The notes beneath the pieces were generated by a model. The model made no database searches. It saw nothing but the letters and a program-made list of their open reading frames with translations, and was not told where the DNA came from. A DNA stretch of 63,028 bases, filler included, from Lenisia limosa (taxonomy: Eukaryota > Protista > Breviatea), in the NCBI GenBank assembly GCA_001655205.1. It is 7 parts of 7 records of this genome, joined end to end, with 100 filler letters (N's around TTAATTAATTAA, not from the genome) between each part and the next. Parts side by side here need not be neighbours in the genome. Positions count along the whole stretch, not along the records: positions 19,054 to 41,212 come from LPNZ01001858.1; positions 41,313 to 43,736 come from LPNZ01011568.1; positions 43,837 to 46,574 come from LPNZ01000600.1; positions 46,675 to 52,246 come from LPNZ01002377.1; 3 more parts are not named here. The stretch is one strand, 5' to 3'. Below, one piece after another: positions 37,402 to 47,545 of this stretch (position 1 is its first letter; each line of letters begins with the position of its first letter). The position numbers were made by a program, and so were the translations under genes.

Positions 37402-40400
37402 ATGAGTTCAAACGGTACTTATAGCGACTATAGTGACGACTTTGATTGTAAGTCGGGGTTTCACCAAAACATTAAAGACGATTTTAGCGGCTTCTCATCT
37501 TCTAACCCTTTAGCTGCATCTAGTTATGCAGGATCAGTGTCCAGGAGTCCGTCTCCGTATTCTTCGAGGTCGGTTTCTCCGTCACCATCCCCTGTTCGAA
37601 GCCGGGGACGGACTAAAGAGCACTCAAAAGGACAATCAGATCGTAAGAAAGGGTCAAAAGAAGCTACAGCCTCTTCGGAGGACCCTGCCCTAGAACTTAA
37701 AGCCGTGAACAAAAGCCTTCAGGATCAGCTTCATGAGCTCAAGTAAGAACAGGGTTAATCTGATGGATTACTTGGGTTATTTCTTCTTCCCTTTTCATTA
37801 TCGCCCAGCGAGGCTCTTGGTATTTCAATGACAAAAGCTGAGGAAAGGGCTGCCAAGAAAAAGGGCTCAACCTCAAATTTACCTAAGACTAAGGCAAAAC
37901 CAAAAGAAAGGTGAGCATCAGGTTGTTGAATACAGTTACACAGTCAGGTCGATCTCACCGTCTTCTCTCATGCCACCCAAACGTGTTGTCCGTGGAAGGG
38001 CTGGCGCACCGCTGTCAGCCAGGTCAAAGAAGAGCAGTATGAGGGTATTAAGAATACAAAGCTTTCTTTTGTGGCGGACATGGCTGAACTTACAGCTGTG
38101 TCTGATGCGTCTTCAATGTACTCAAGGTCAACGACAGGAAGAAGTAGAAAATCTACAGGACAACCGAAAGTGTTGCTGGGGCAATAAAATGTTACAAGGC
38201 CATTTGCTTATTATTATTTAATGTTTTTCTTTTCAGGTTCCGTCTCAATGATACACGAGAACTGGAGGACAAGATTGTCGCCCTTAACCATGAAATTGAT
38301 AGTCTCAAAGCTGAGAACAAGGCTTTAGTCATGGTGAGGGGACAAGCAAAAGGTTGCATTAACATCAACAGATCCAAAGAAGACAGTCAAAAGCGCTAAC
38401 ACAGATCGAGAGTGATAGAGGTGATGTCCCACGACAGGTTCGTTCGTCAACACTGGTTTGATCACCTCTCTAGGTCCAACAGCTGAACGAGGAGAATAAA
38501 AGCCTTAAGGTCTGCTTTTATTGATATTCTGCTGAATTATAATATCAGTCAGTTATTGATATTTTTTGCTGCTTGGTTACTTGTTAGGAGCGAGTAAGAC
38601 GCTATCAGCATAAACATCAGAAGGCGGAGAGAGCAGGAAAATACCAACATGAACAGCTTGAAGCCTACAAAGTAGGTTCAGCAAGTTTTACGAATTATTT
38701 GAGGGATCTTGGACGTATCTAACTCACCCCCAGGACCGGTTTTCGAAGCTTCTTTCGATTGTGAAGGACCGTGAGGTGGACACTGAGCTTCCAGCTAAAT
38801 TCGAGAAAGCCAAAGTTGATGCCGATGCTGCCCAACAGAAGGCACTTGTGAGTGTGGCGTGATCCTTGGTCTAACTTATCTCGTCAGGCTGCTGAGAGAA
38901 GAGCGAATACTCTCCAAAAGTCTCAGGAAAGTAACGAACGAAAGCATAGGCAGACCATGAAGGAAATGCAACAGGTTGGGGGGGGGGGTCTTGTTTCCTT
39001 TTGAATATCCAATTCATTATTCAGCGCCTCACTAAGAGAGAAGAAGAAGTCTTAGATCTTCAGCAACAACTGAGAGTGAGGGGTAAATTACCATCATACA
39101 TAAAATACCATGCAATGATAATGTAGCAATGACAAGTAGCAATTTTAATCATGCATTTTACCCACCTTATTTGAGAGATATTCACACACTAACATAGTGA
39201 GGTATCCACAAATAACTCATCTATGATATGAGATAATAAGAATATCAATCCATATCCCAAAAATGACACAGCAGACTAGCGAGAAGCAGTTGCTCAACGC
39301 CCACCAGAGTATGAGAAAAGCAGGTGTCAAAGCCCATGACTACCATGATGAACCAGATATCCCCTTTTCCAGCCCGTCAAGAGCTAGATCGCACCCTATA
39401 TCACCCTCTAATCAGAGTTCGCCCAAACCAGACCAATCCCCCCATACTCCCATCAAGGCTACATCCGCATCCCATCCCACGCCTCCAGAGCCGAAACAGC
39501 CATCCCCACCTCTCCAGGAACCCTTACCAGTCGTTACCCCGGTAAGAGACCCGTCACCACCGGAAAAGAAAGAACCGGAACCACAGGTCAACCAAACGCC
39601 CTTCCCAAATGAACCTGTTGCTGCATCACCCCCTGTTGCCCCTGTTACCACCGAACCTGCCACTGTCCTCGCCTCCACCAGTCCTGCCCCAGAGATTACG
39701 ACTGTTCCTCAACCCACTCCTGCCGTAGCTCCTCAACCCGCCCCGGTTGCTCCCCGACCTGCGGCAGTTGAGCCATCAGCGCCCATCGCTGAGCCAACTC
39801 GTGCCCCCCAGCCTGTCACCCAGCCCACACAGCCAGCCGGTGCTCAAAAGCCGCTTTTGTACAAGCCAAAGCCTCGTAAGAAGCGGTAATCTTTGTGGAA
39901 ATTTTCTTTTATTTGTCTTATACCGCAGTTCCACCAAGTGACCCCGTTTCTTCGGATTACGATAATAAGTACTCATTCGCTGTTGTAATGGTTGGATTAG
40001 TATTCATTCTGATTGTACCATTATTTTAGACTGTTACCGCCTCACCCTTTAGAAGCCTCCCATTCAACCACCCGCCAGTCAGCCTGCCTCCGCTCCCAAT
40101 ACCTTCGAACCCAACGCACAGCCCTTGTCAGCCCGAGGCCTGCTGTCATCCAGACGGAATCCCGTGCCGACTCAAGAGGTTTGCTTCAATGACCAAAATC
40201 TTCTACATCATGCTATTGAGCATTTGATTCATCACTATTCTGACCATCAGGCCTCACCTGAGGTGGACGAGCCATCTCATCCCGTGAACCCGCCACCAAA
40301 ACGCCCCATCTCCGGTCGCCGCGTCCCGTCTTACTCCACACCCTCACCTGTCACGCCCGCGGAAGAGAAGCCCAAACCTGCAGCAATTCCGTCAGTTTCC

Positions 40401-41142
40401 CGTCCCGCGTATCGCCCCGGAGCCGCACCTGCTAGGTTGGTGTCCTCTTCATATTATAAATGTGATCCTCATGTCAACTTTCTTATTTAGCTTTCTTCTA
40501 TTGAATATTCAAGAATTTTTGTATCTCTGACACTATAGTGCCTCCATGGATCTCTCTTCGGAGGATGACGATTTTGAAGATGATGATGACGTGCCACCGC
40601 CAAGGCCAGTGAGCAGCAAGAAACCTTCGGACCCCTCGCCTTCATGGCTCCAGTCCAAGCCGGAACCTGCCCCCTCGCTCCCTTCCGCCTCATCCGAACC
40701 TGCTGGTTTCGGCCGTCGGAATGTCCCTGTCGCCGCCGCCGCCACCAACGACAAGCCACCCCAGCCCTCATGGCTTGCAGCCTCCAACCCCGCACCGGTC
40801 CAGTCCAACCCTGCTCCGAGCCAGCCTGTCGCATCGTCAGGTTTCGGGAGGCGACGGGCTGAGCCTCAACACGCCCCTCCATCCCCTGATCTTTCCGATA
40901 TCGAAGATGACACTCTTGAAGAGCCCGTGAAACCAGCTTATCGCCCCCCAGTCTCGGGCCAAGCCTCATCTGGGTTTGGACAGTCATCACAGCCATCTTC
41001 AGGTTTTGGGCAACAAGATTCTGGTTTTGGACGGCAAAATTCAAGTTTTGGACAATCATCTTCCGGGTTTGGCTCAAGAGGGGGCTTTGGGGTCCAGGGT
41101 GGCGCACCGACAGCGCAACCTATTGGTAGGCATGCCTACTGA
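37402..41142 (+). CDS. Lebercilin-domain-like coiled-coil protein with very long Pro-rich and SGFG-repeat tail
   Basis: KIVALNHEIDSLKAENKALVM/IQRRQSKALTQIESDRGDVPRQ/VQQLNEENKALR/ERVRRYQ resembles the lebercilin (LCA5) domain pattern (EN..L...q.Rq.kAL..f......P..i..h..E...LrerlR). Pro-rich ORFs at 39263-39889 and 40546-41142. Confidence 0.6.
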
Positions 41143-41212
41143 TCCAATTGAGTTTTATGATTATATCAACTAAATTGAAACATTATTATATTTCTATTTA
41201 TCATTTGTTTCA

Positions 41213-41312
41213 NNNNNNNNNNNNNNNNNNNNNNNNNNNNNNNNNNNNNNNNNNNNTTAATTAATTAANNNNNNNNNNNNNNNNNNNNNNNNNNNNNNNN
41301 NNNNNNNNNNNN
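41213..41312. other. Artificial scaffold spacer
   Basis: TTAATTAATTAA at 41257-41268 within N run. Confidence 0.97.
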
Positions 41313-41363
41313 TATTTGAATAGGTATTCAATGTGGCTGAGTAGGTGGTTAATTGATTATCCA

Positions 41364-41444
41364 GGCTTCCCTACCTATAAAATATCGATATTTATCGAGG
41401 ATTTATCGAGAAATTCAGTCCTTTATGGGACCGTAGGGAAGCCC
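41364..41444. mobile_element. MITE family A copy (CCCTAC subtype)
   Basis: GGCTTCCCTAC...CCGTAGGGAAGCCC followed by TA; internal ATATCGATATTTATCGAGGATTTATCGAG core. Confidence 0.8.
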
Positions 41445-41925
41445 TATTACGAATATAATCCCTATAACTATAATCCAACATCTCATTTTGGATAAATGTT
41501 ATAAAACAAGCATTCCAAAATGGAACCTCTAAATATGGTTGTTTTCCGAGATTCGTTGTATTTTGACAATTGTGGATCAATAATTTGGATTTGAGGTTCA
41601 TTGATCGAAATTTCCTTCGTTTTACCGTACGCTGGAGTNNNNNNNNNNNNNNNNNNNNNNNNNNNNNNNNNNNNNNNNNNNNNNNNNNNNNNNNNNNNNN
41701 NNNNNNNNNNNNNNNNNNNNNNNNNNNNNNNNNNNNNNNNNNNNNNNNNNNNNNNNNNNNNNNNNNNNNNNNNNNNNNNNNNNNNNNNNNNNNNNNNNNN
41801 NNNNNNNNNNNNNNNNNNNNNNNNNNNNNNNNNNNNNNCTGGCTTTTGTCTTGTATTAGCGTTAGTTGCTCGTATTTGTTATTGCTTGTTTTGTCTCCTT
41901 CGTTTTACTCCCCCCCCTCCCCCCA

Positions 41926-43290
41926 GACGACGTTCAGAAAGTGCTTGCAGCTTTCCAGAATCCCCTGGTATACAGTACCGGGGCCTCGACATTCCTGGCC
42001 CTTTTTGCTCTGGCCGTAACTACGCTGTTTATCTCGTTTTGTTGCGCTTTGTAGGGGGTGTGACCTCAACCTTGTTTATATCATTGTCATCTCATGTTAC
42101 TGTGCGTTGTTTGTATGTATCTGGGTTGTATAACCTTGTTCATTCCGTTTTGTTTCCATAATGTTAACACGACGATAAGGGCTTCACTGCGGTCCCAAAA
42201 AGACCGGAAACTATTTAGTATTATTCGAGAGTTCAATCTTTTGTTGTACCTTATTGAAGGCGTAATAACACGCAGGTATGTGGCGAAAGCTTCACTCGGC
42301 TCGCACTTCCGCTATATCTTCCCCCTCAAACTCCTGCGTTTCATCGTATTACTGCTTGTTACAGTACTCTACATTCCTTTACTCAAGTATGGCGCTGGGG
42401 GAGTAGGGGATCTGCCAAGTGGGCCGTTTGTTCATTTTATTTTGACTTTCTTTATTTTTGTCTTCTACATATTCAATTTTTACTCAGTCTATGGAGCAAA
42501 TGGTCCAGTCTTTGTTTTGTTTTTTGTTTTGTTGTTCCNNNNNNNNNNNNNNNNNNNNNNNNNNNNNNNNNNNNNNNNNNNNNNNNNNNNNNNNNNNNNN
42601 NNNNNNNNNNNNNNNNNNNNNNNNNNNNNNNNNNNNNNNNNNNNNNNNNNNNNNGCCAATTAGTGTGGTCGTTCTACCCCTCCATCCAGTGCTGGGGCTG
42701 GCCAAGGTGAGTGTCTATCTTCCACAGTCATGTTTTCAATGCTCTGCCAGCACAGTTAATTTTGGGCTATTTTTGTTTTATAATTTGGTGTTGTCAGCCA
42801 ACAGAGTTGATTCTGGGCTATTTTTGTTTCATAAATACAAATTTTCCAATTTTACTCCCCCCCCCCCCCNNNNNNNNNNNNNNNNNNNNNNNNNNNNNNN
42901 NNNNNNNNNNNNNNNNNNNNNNNNNNNNNNNNNNNNNNNNNNNNNNNNNNNNNNNNNNNNNNNNNNNNNNNNNNNNNNNNNNNNNNNNNNNNNNNNNNAT
43001 GAGGGGGATTCTGTTTTCTCTAATAGATAAGGCTTCCCTACAGTCTCAAAAAAGACCGAATCTCTCGATAAATCCTCGATAAATAGTGATATTTTAACGG
43101 ACCTTTTCGGACCGCAGGGAAGCCCTATTAATAGATGATGGGAGGAGGGGAGTTTCTGTAAATAATAACTGATCGCTATAACTAGTGGCATGGATATTGA
43201 GCTTTATCTGAAAACAATCGTCTCAGGACTTATTGCTTTCTGTAATTCTACTGAATCGGAAAATGCAATATTGTATGCAGCTTTGTTTTA
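41926..43290 (+). CDS. Fragment of a multi-pass membrane protein (possibly TmcB/TmcC-like N-terminal TM region)
   Basis: Hydrophobic exons ...STFLALFALAVTTLFISF, LLRFIVLLLVTVLYIPLLK, VWSFYPSIQCWGWP and DIELYLKTIVSGLIAF. The resemblance to Dictyostelium tmcB-like TM regions is from memory only. Confidence 0.4.
42179..42240. mobile_element. MITE family A, left-end fragment
   Basis: GGGCTTCACTGCGGTCCCAAAAAGACCGG; right TIR not found. Confidence 0.6.
43030..43125. mobile_element. MITE family A copy
   Basis: GGCTTCCCTACAGTCTCAAAAAAGACCG...GGACCGCAGGGAAGCCC-TA. Confidence 0.85.
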
Positions 43291-43451
43291 ATACCTCTTT
43301 CAAATTTTGTCAAATAATTTCATGGAGGTTTTGATTTCACCGCTTGACCGTTTAGATACATTGAATCCAACCCAAAGTCCCGTAACCCTCTATCAAAGGT
43401 GAGAAAGGTTGAAGAGCTACAAAAGCCACTATTGACCCTTGTGTGTATCTA

Positions 43452-43543
43452 GGGCTTCACTATGGTTTGAGGAAGACCGAAATATCGATAGTTTACGAGG
43501 ATTTATCGATAAATTCAGTCTTTTTCGAACCGAAGTGAAGTCC
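43452..43543. mobile_element. MITE family A copy flanked by TA on both sides
   Basis: TA-GGGCTTCACTATGGTTTG...TTTTTCGAACCGAAGTGAAGTCC-TA. Confidence 0.85.
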
Positions 43544-43589
43544 TAATTATCATCATATATTTTTTTTCGTTTAATCTTCTTTATTTTTC

Positions 43590-43712
43590 AGAGTTGTCAG
43601 GCAAATGATTGGGTGAATTAATATTATACTATTATCCAATATCTCATATGCGTGATAGTGTGGACGGCTTTGGCCAGATACAACCTTTTTTTTTTCTTTT
43701 TTTCTCATTGCT
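43590..43712. repeat. Repeat family B copy (reverse orientation)
   Basis: CAGAGTTGTCAGGCAAATGATTGGGTGAATT...GCGTGATAGTGTGGACGGCTTTGGCCAGATACAACCTTTT...TTCTCATTGC. Confidence 0.9.
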
Positions 43713-43736
43713 TAATATATTATAAAATACATATTC

Positions 43737-43836
43737 NNNNNNNNNNNNNNNNNNNNNNNNNNNNNNNNNNNNNNNNNNNNTTAATTAATTAANNNNNNNN
43801 NNNNNNNNNNNNNNNNNNNNNNNNNNNNNNNNNNNN
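43737..43836. other. Artificial scaffold spacer
   Basis: TTAATTAATTAA at 43781-43792 within N run. Confidence 0.97.
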
Positions 43837-43987
43837 GTAACCGCATATTGGGAAAGACCCAGTCGAGCAGATGTTTACTGGACGATGAGAAGAAACAAAA
43901 AAAAAAAATCCAACATAAGAAATGACACAAAAAAACTTCACAAATAGAGTGGCCTTACTAGAAGACATAATAGTATCATGTGTGTGT

Positions 43988-44125
43988 GGCACTGAGAAAT
44001 AAAAGTAAAGATGTATTTGGCCGAAGCAGTTCACAATCACGCTTATAAGAGATATTAGATTTTAGTATAATATTAATTCAACCAATCATTTGCCTTATAA
44101 CTCTGTGCACACAACTTTCCCCAGC
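43988..44125. repeat. Repeat family B copy
   Basis: GAGAAATAAAA...TGGCCGAAGCAGTTCACAATCACGCTTATAAG...CAATCATTTGCCTTATAACTCTGTGCACAC. Confidence 0.9.
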
Positions 44126-44329
44126 GTAATACTAATTCAAATATACATATTGTGAGTAAGCCAATTTAAGCATCTCTCTTTTTAAAAGTGTTTATGTACA
44201 CAGACAAATATTTAAGAATAGGGATACACAAGATTGTAACACCCCTCTACACACACATAACACAAGAAATATAGATAGAATAGAGAAAAAGAAAGGTTTA
44301 AACAGGCCCTTCTACCCATGCACTGCTCG

Positions 44330-46430
44330 TGAGTCAGGGCAGCAGAGCCTTGAACCTCCGGTGGCACCGCTCCCTCCGGACAAGTTCCGCATCGACCGTC
44401 AGACAGGAGAACTTCGGGGTAGGTACAAGCGGAGCAGAGGGACGGCGTGGAAGCAGCGGAGGGACTGGTCATAGCCAGGGGACAGCTGGATTGTAAGATT
44501 TTTTTTGGGGGTGGAGGAAAATTCACAATGAGGAATAAAAAATAAGGTTGTCTCTGGCCCAAGCCGTCAACACCATCACGCTTATAAGCCCCCCCAATTA
44601 AATATCCCGCATTCCAAAACACGCCATCCTCTTCACCTCTTTATTAACTTTTTTCTTCTCTCTTCATCAAGATATTTTAATACTAGAGCCTCACTTTCGG
44701 TTCCGAGACGCCTGTGAAATATCGATATTTGTCGAAGATTTATCGAGAATTCAGTCTATTTTGGAACCGAAAGCGAAGCTTTATTTCATACCCCCTCTCG
44801 CAAAAAGACCACCCTTACTCCCAATAATCATCCCGCAACCTAATGCAAACACTCGACCCCGTCATTGCCGTATAAGTTGACGGCGGGCACGGCTCACAGC
44901 TACCTGCCTCCCCAAAGTAGCCAATGTCACATTTACAGCTGGAAATGATAAATCAAATAAATAAGTGTGGAAATGATGAATTAAATTCATTACGGTGTCG
45001 AGAGGGGTAAAATTAGATGATTTATGAAATAAAAAAAAGCCAAAAATATACTATTGGTTGACAACACACGAGAGTTGAAAACAACAAAACAAACAAAGCC
45101 CAGGCCAGGTGTCGCGGGGGGTCAAAGACAATTTATTATATAATAATGAAAAATCACAGCCTGAAATATATGAAACAAAATCAAGTGCAAGGAAAGGGAT
45201 TAAGATTGGGGGGAAATACATATGAGGGGTGGGGGGGTGAACATTGATGTAACAAGTAAAGGGGAATTGGGAAACTTATTAATAGGTCTTCCCTACGGTC
45301 CAAAAAAGACCGGTGAAATATCGATATTAATCGAGGATTTATCGAAAAATTCAATCTTTTAGACGTTCAAAAAAAAACGCCAAAAGAAATAATAATCCTT
45401 GTACCTGCCCCCGGCAAATTCGGTCGTTTCGCCGTAGCCACAAGGAGAACAAATCAGGCCATTCCTCTGCTCTCCCTGAGGGCAGGGAGTCGCGTCGTCT
45501 GGAGGGTTAAATATAATGATCATTCGTCTATAGGCGGGAAGGGGGAATAAAACGAAGGAAATTTCGATGAAGAATATTGGCGTGAAGGTACTAATGATGA
45601 ACCGAATCATCTGAAACACAAAACCAAAAAAAAAACAAGCAATTACAAACACTAATACTAGACAAAAGCCAGATGACAAAAACACAAAAACAAACAACGG
45701 AAGTAAAACTGGACAATTTATGAAACAAAAGGCCCAAATCAATTCTGTTGGCTGACAACAAACTGGTAGAGGGGGGGGGGGTAAATAGGATGTATAAAAT
45801 GGCATATGAAGCGACTATTGCAAGCTTACCTTGAGCTGTGGGGCCTGGTAGATACCCCAGTTCAAGCTCACACGTCTAAAATGGTTATTTCTACTGCAGA
45901 ATAATATATATACCTAGATACATGAAAAAGATACATTAAAATGATACATTGTCAACAAATTAAAAACATTGTTTGCAGAATGAGAAATAATAAAAGCTTC
46001 ATTTTTGCGACAAAAAGAAATACTAGGGTATAGCTGATAATATTTACGTACGAAACATCGTAATATAGTATACTATCAAATATGATATTATAGTATCCCT
46101 TCGTTTCTGCAGGTTTTTTAGATCATATTTACTCGAGATATGCAGGTGTGGTATCTAGTCTCTGACCGAAGTCACAGACGACACATCACCTATAAGACAT
46201 ACTATTTGGGCTTCACTTCGACTCGAAAAAAGACTGAATTTCACGATAAATCCTCGAAAATTATCTATATTTTACCAGCATTTTTCGAATCGAAGTGAAG
46301 CCCTACATACTATACATATGAATAACTTACAAAAAGCCGTAGTCCAATTATAATCCAACTCGCAAACCTGGTTTTGGAGAGAGTAGCCAAAAGGACATAA
46401 GCTGCAGAAATTCGGATCTAGAAACGTCAA
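44330..46430 (-). CDS. Fragment of a CxxC-repeat (GCC2/GCC3, furin-like) Cys-rich surface protein
   Basis: Exons DPNFCSLCPFGYSLQNQVCELD, PCPQGEQRNGLICSPCGYGETTEFAGG and CSACTYPEVLLSDGRCGTCPEG. Introns are long and packed with repeats. Confidence 0.65.
44686..44781. mobile_element. MITE family A copy
   Basis: GAGCCTCACTTTCGGTTCC...GGAACCGAAAGCGAAGCT with shared core. Confidence 0.8.
45285..45360. mobile_element. MITE family A, right end truncated
   Basis: GGTCTTCCCTACGGTCCAAAAAAGACCGGTGAAATATCGATATTAATCGAGGATTTATCGA. Confidence 0.75.
46208..46303. mobile_element. MITE family A full copy
   Basis: GGGCTTCACTTCGACTCGAAAAA...TTTTTCGAATCGAAGTGAAGCCC-TA. Confidence 0.88.
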
Positions 46431-46507
46431 TACGAATACTATCGAAAGGGGGTACAATTAGAAAATTTATGAAACAAAAAGCACAAATTATCTAGAACTG
46501 TCAACAA

Positions 46508-46563
46508 GATAGTGTTTATTCTTGTTGACTTATCTAGAACTGTCAACAAGAATAAACACTATC
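46508..46563. repeat. Perfect 22-bp inverted repeat with 12-nt loop
   Basis: GATAGTGTTTATTCTTGTTGAC-TTATCTAGAACT-GTCAACAAGAATAAACACTATC. Confidence 0.95.
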
Positions 46564-46574
46564 AGGGGGGGGGG

Positions 46575-46674
46575 NNNNNNNNNNNNNNNNNNNNNNNNNN
46601 NNNNNNNNNNNNNNNNNNTTAATTAATTAANNNNNNNNNNNNNNNNNNNNNNNNNNNNNNNNNNNNNNNNNNNN
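46575..46674. other. Artificial scaffold spacer
   Basis: TTAATTAATTAA at 46619-46630 within N run. Confidence 0.97.
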
Positions 46675-47275
46675 GACGAACACGCAGGGTCTGATGGAGA
46701 ACCAGCGTCGGACGCTGAAGAGGTGCGTTTGCGTTTTCTTCCTCTATCATGACCCTGAATCCCCTATCATATTTGCAGTTTTATGGACTACATTATATAA
46801 TGCATTATATGTGTAGTTTTATCACCCCCACCTTATATCTCTTCTGTAGTTGATGGGTTGAAATGTCACGGTTTTGACGTTTTAGTCTGGCAAGAGGAAA
46901 CCAGCTGCTGCTTCCGGCTCCAAGAAGAAGAAGAAGGTTTGCCATCATTGTCTTTTGTTTTATTCCCTCCATTAGCACTTCTTCCTCCTCTTCCTACTCT
47001 ATTGGGTTTGATTCTGCTCGTTTTTTGTGCTATGTATTTACCGCATTGTTTTTTTCCTTTATCATTAATAATTATTCTACCTACCTTGTTTTTAATCCTC
47101 ACGTATCTCAAATGAACAACAAAGTTGTTTACACCTTCCCCTCACTTGCGTAACTGTTACGTGGTTTTGTTTCTCTCTTTTGTTCCCAAATCAAAAAAGA
47201 GTTTTACCCCCCCCCCCTTAGGAAGATGTTTCCGACTCAGAGAGCGACATTTCGGACCTTGGCCTTTCAGACTAA
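46675..47275 (+). CDS. 3' end of a gene with acidic tail and basic NLS-like segment
   Basis: DEHAGSDGEPASDAEE/SGKRKPAAASGSKKKKK/EDVSDSESDISDLGLSD* via in-frame GT-AG junctions, TAA at 47273-47275. Confidence 0.6.
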
Positions 47276-47347
47276 GGGTGTATTTTTTAATGAATGGTTT
47301 GTAAAGTATTTCATGTGGGATTTCCAAGAGTTACATTTTTCTCTTAT

Positions 47348-47467
47348 AGCAATGAGAAATAAAAAAATAAGGTAGTATCTGGCCGAAGCCGTACGCGCCA
47401 TCACACTATAAGAGATATTGGATTATAGGATAATATTATTCACCCAATCATTTGCCTTACAACTCTG
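47348..47467. repeat. Repeat family B copy between convergent 3' ends, flanked by a 12-bp direct repeat
   Basis: AGCAATGAGAAATAAAAAAATAAGGTAGTATCTGGCCGAAGCCGT...CATTTGCCTTACAACTCTG; AAGAGTTACATT at 47326-47337 and 47468-47479. Confidence 0.9.
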
Positions 47468-47545
47468 AAGAGTTACATTAGTAATACAATCATAAAAAAA
47501 GAGAAGACAGGCCGAAGAGATCTCCTTGCCCATTCACCTAAGGCT

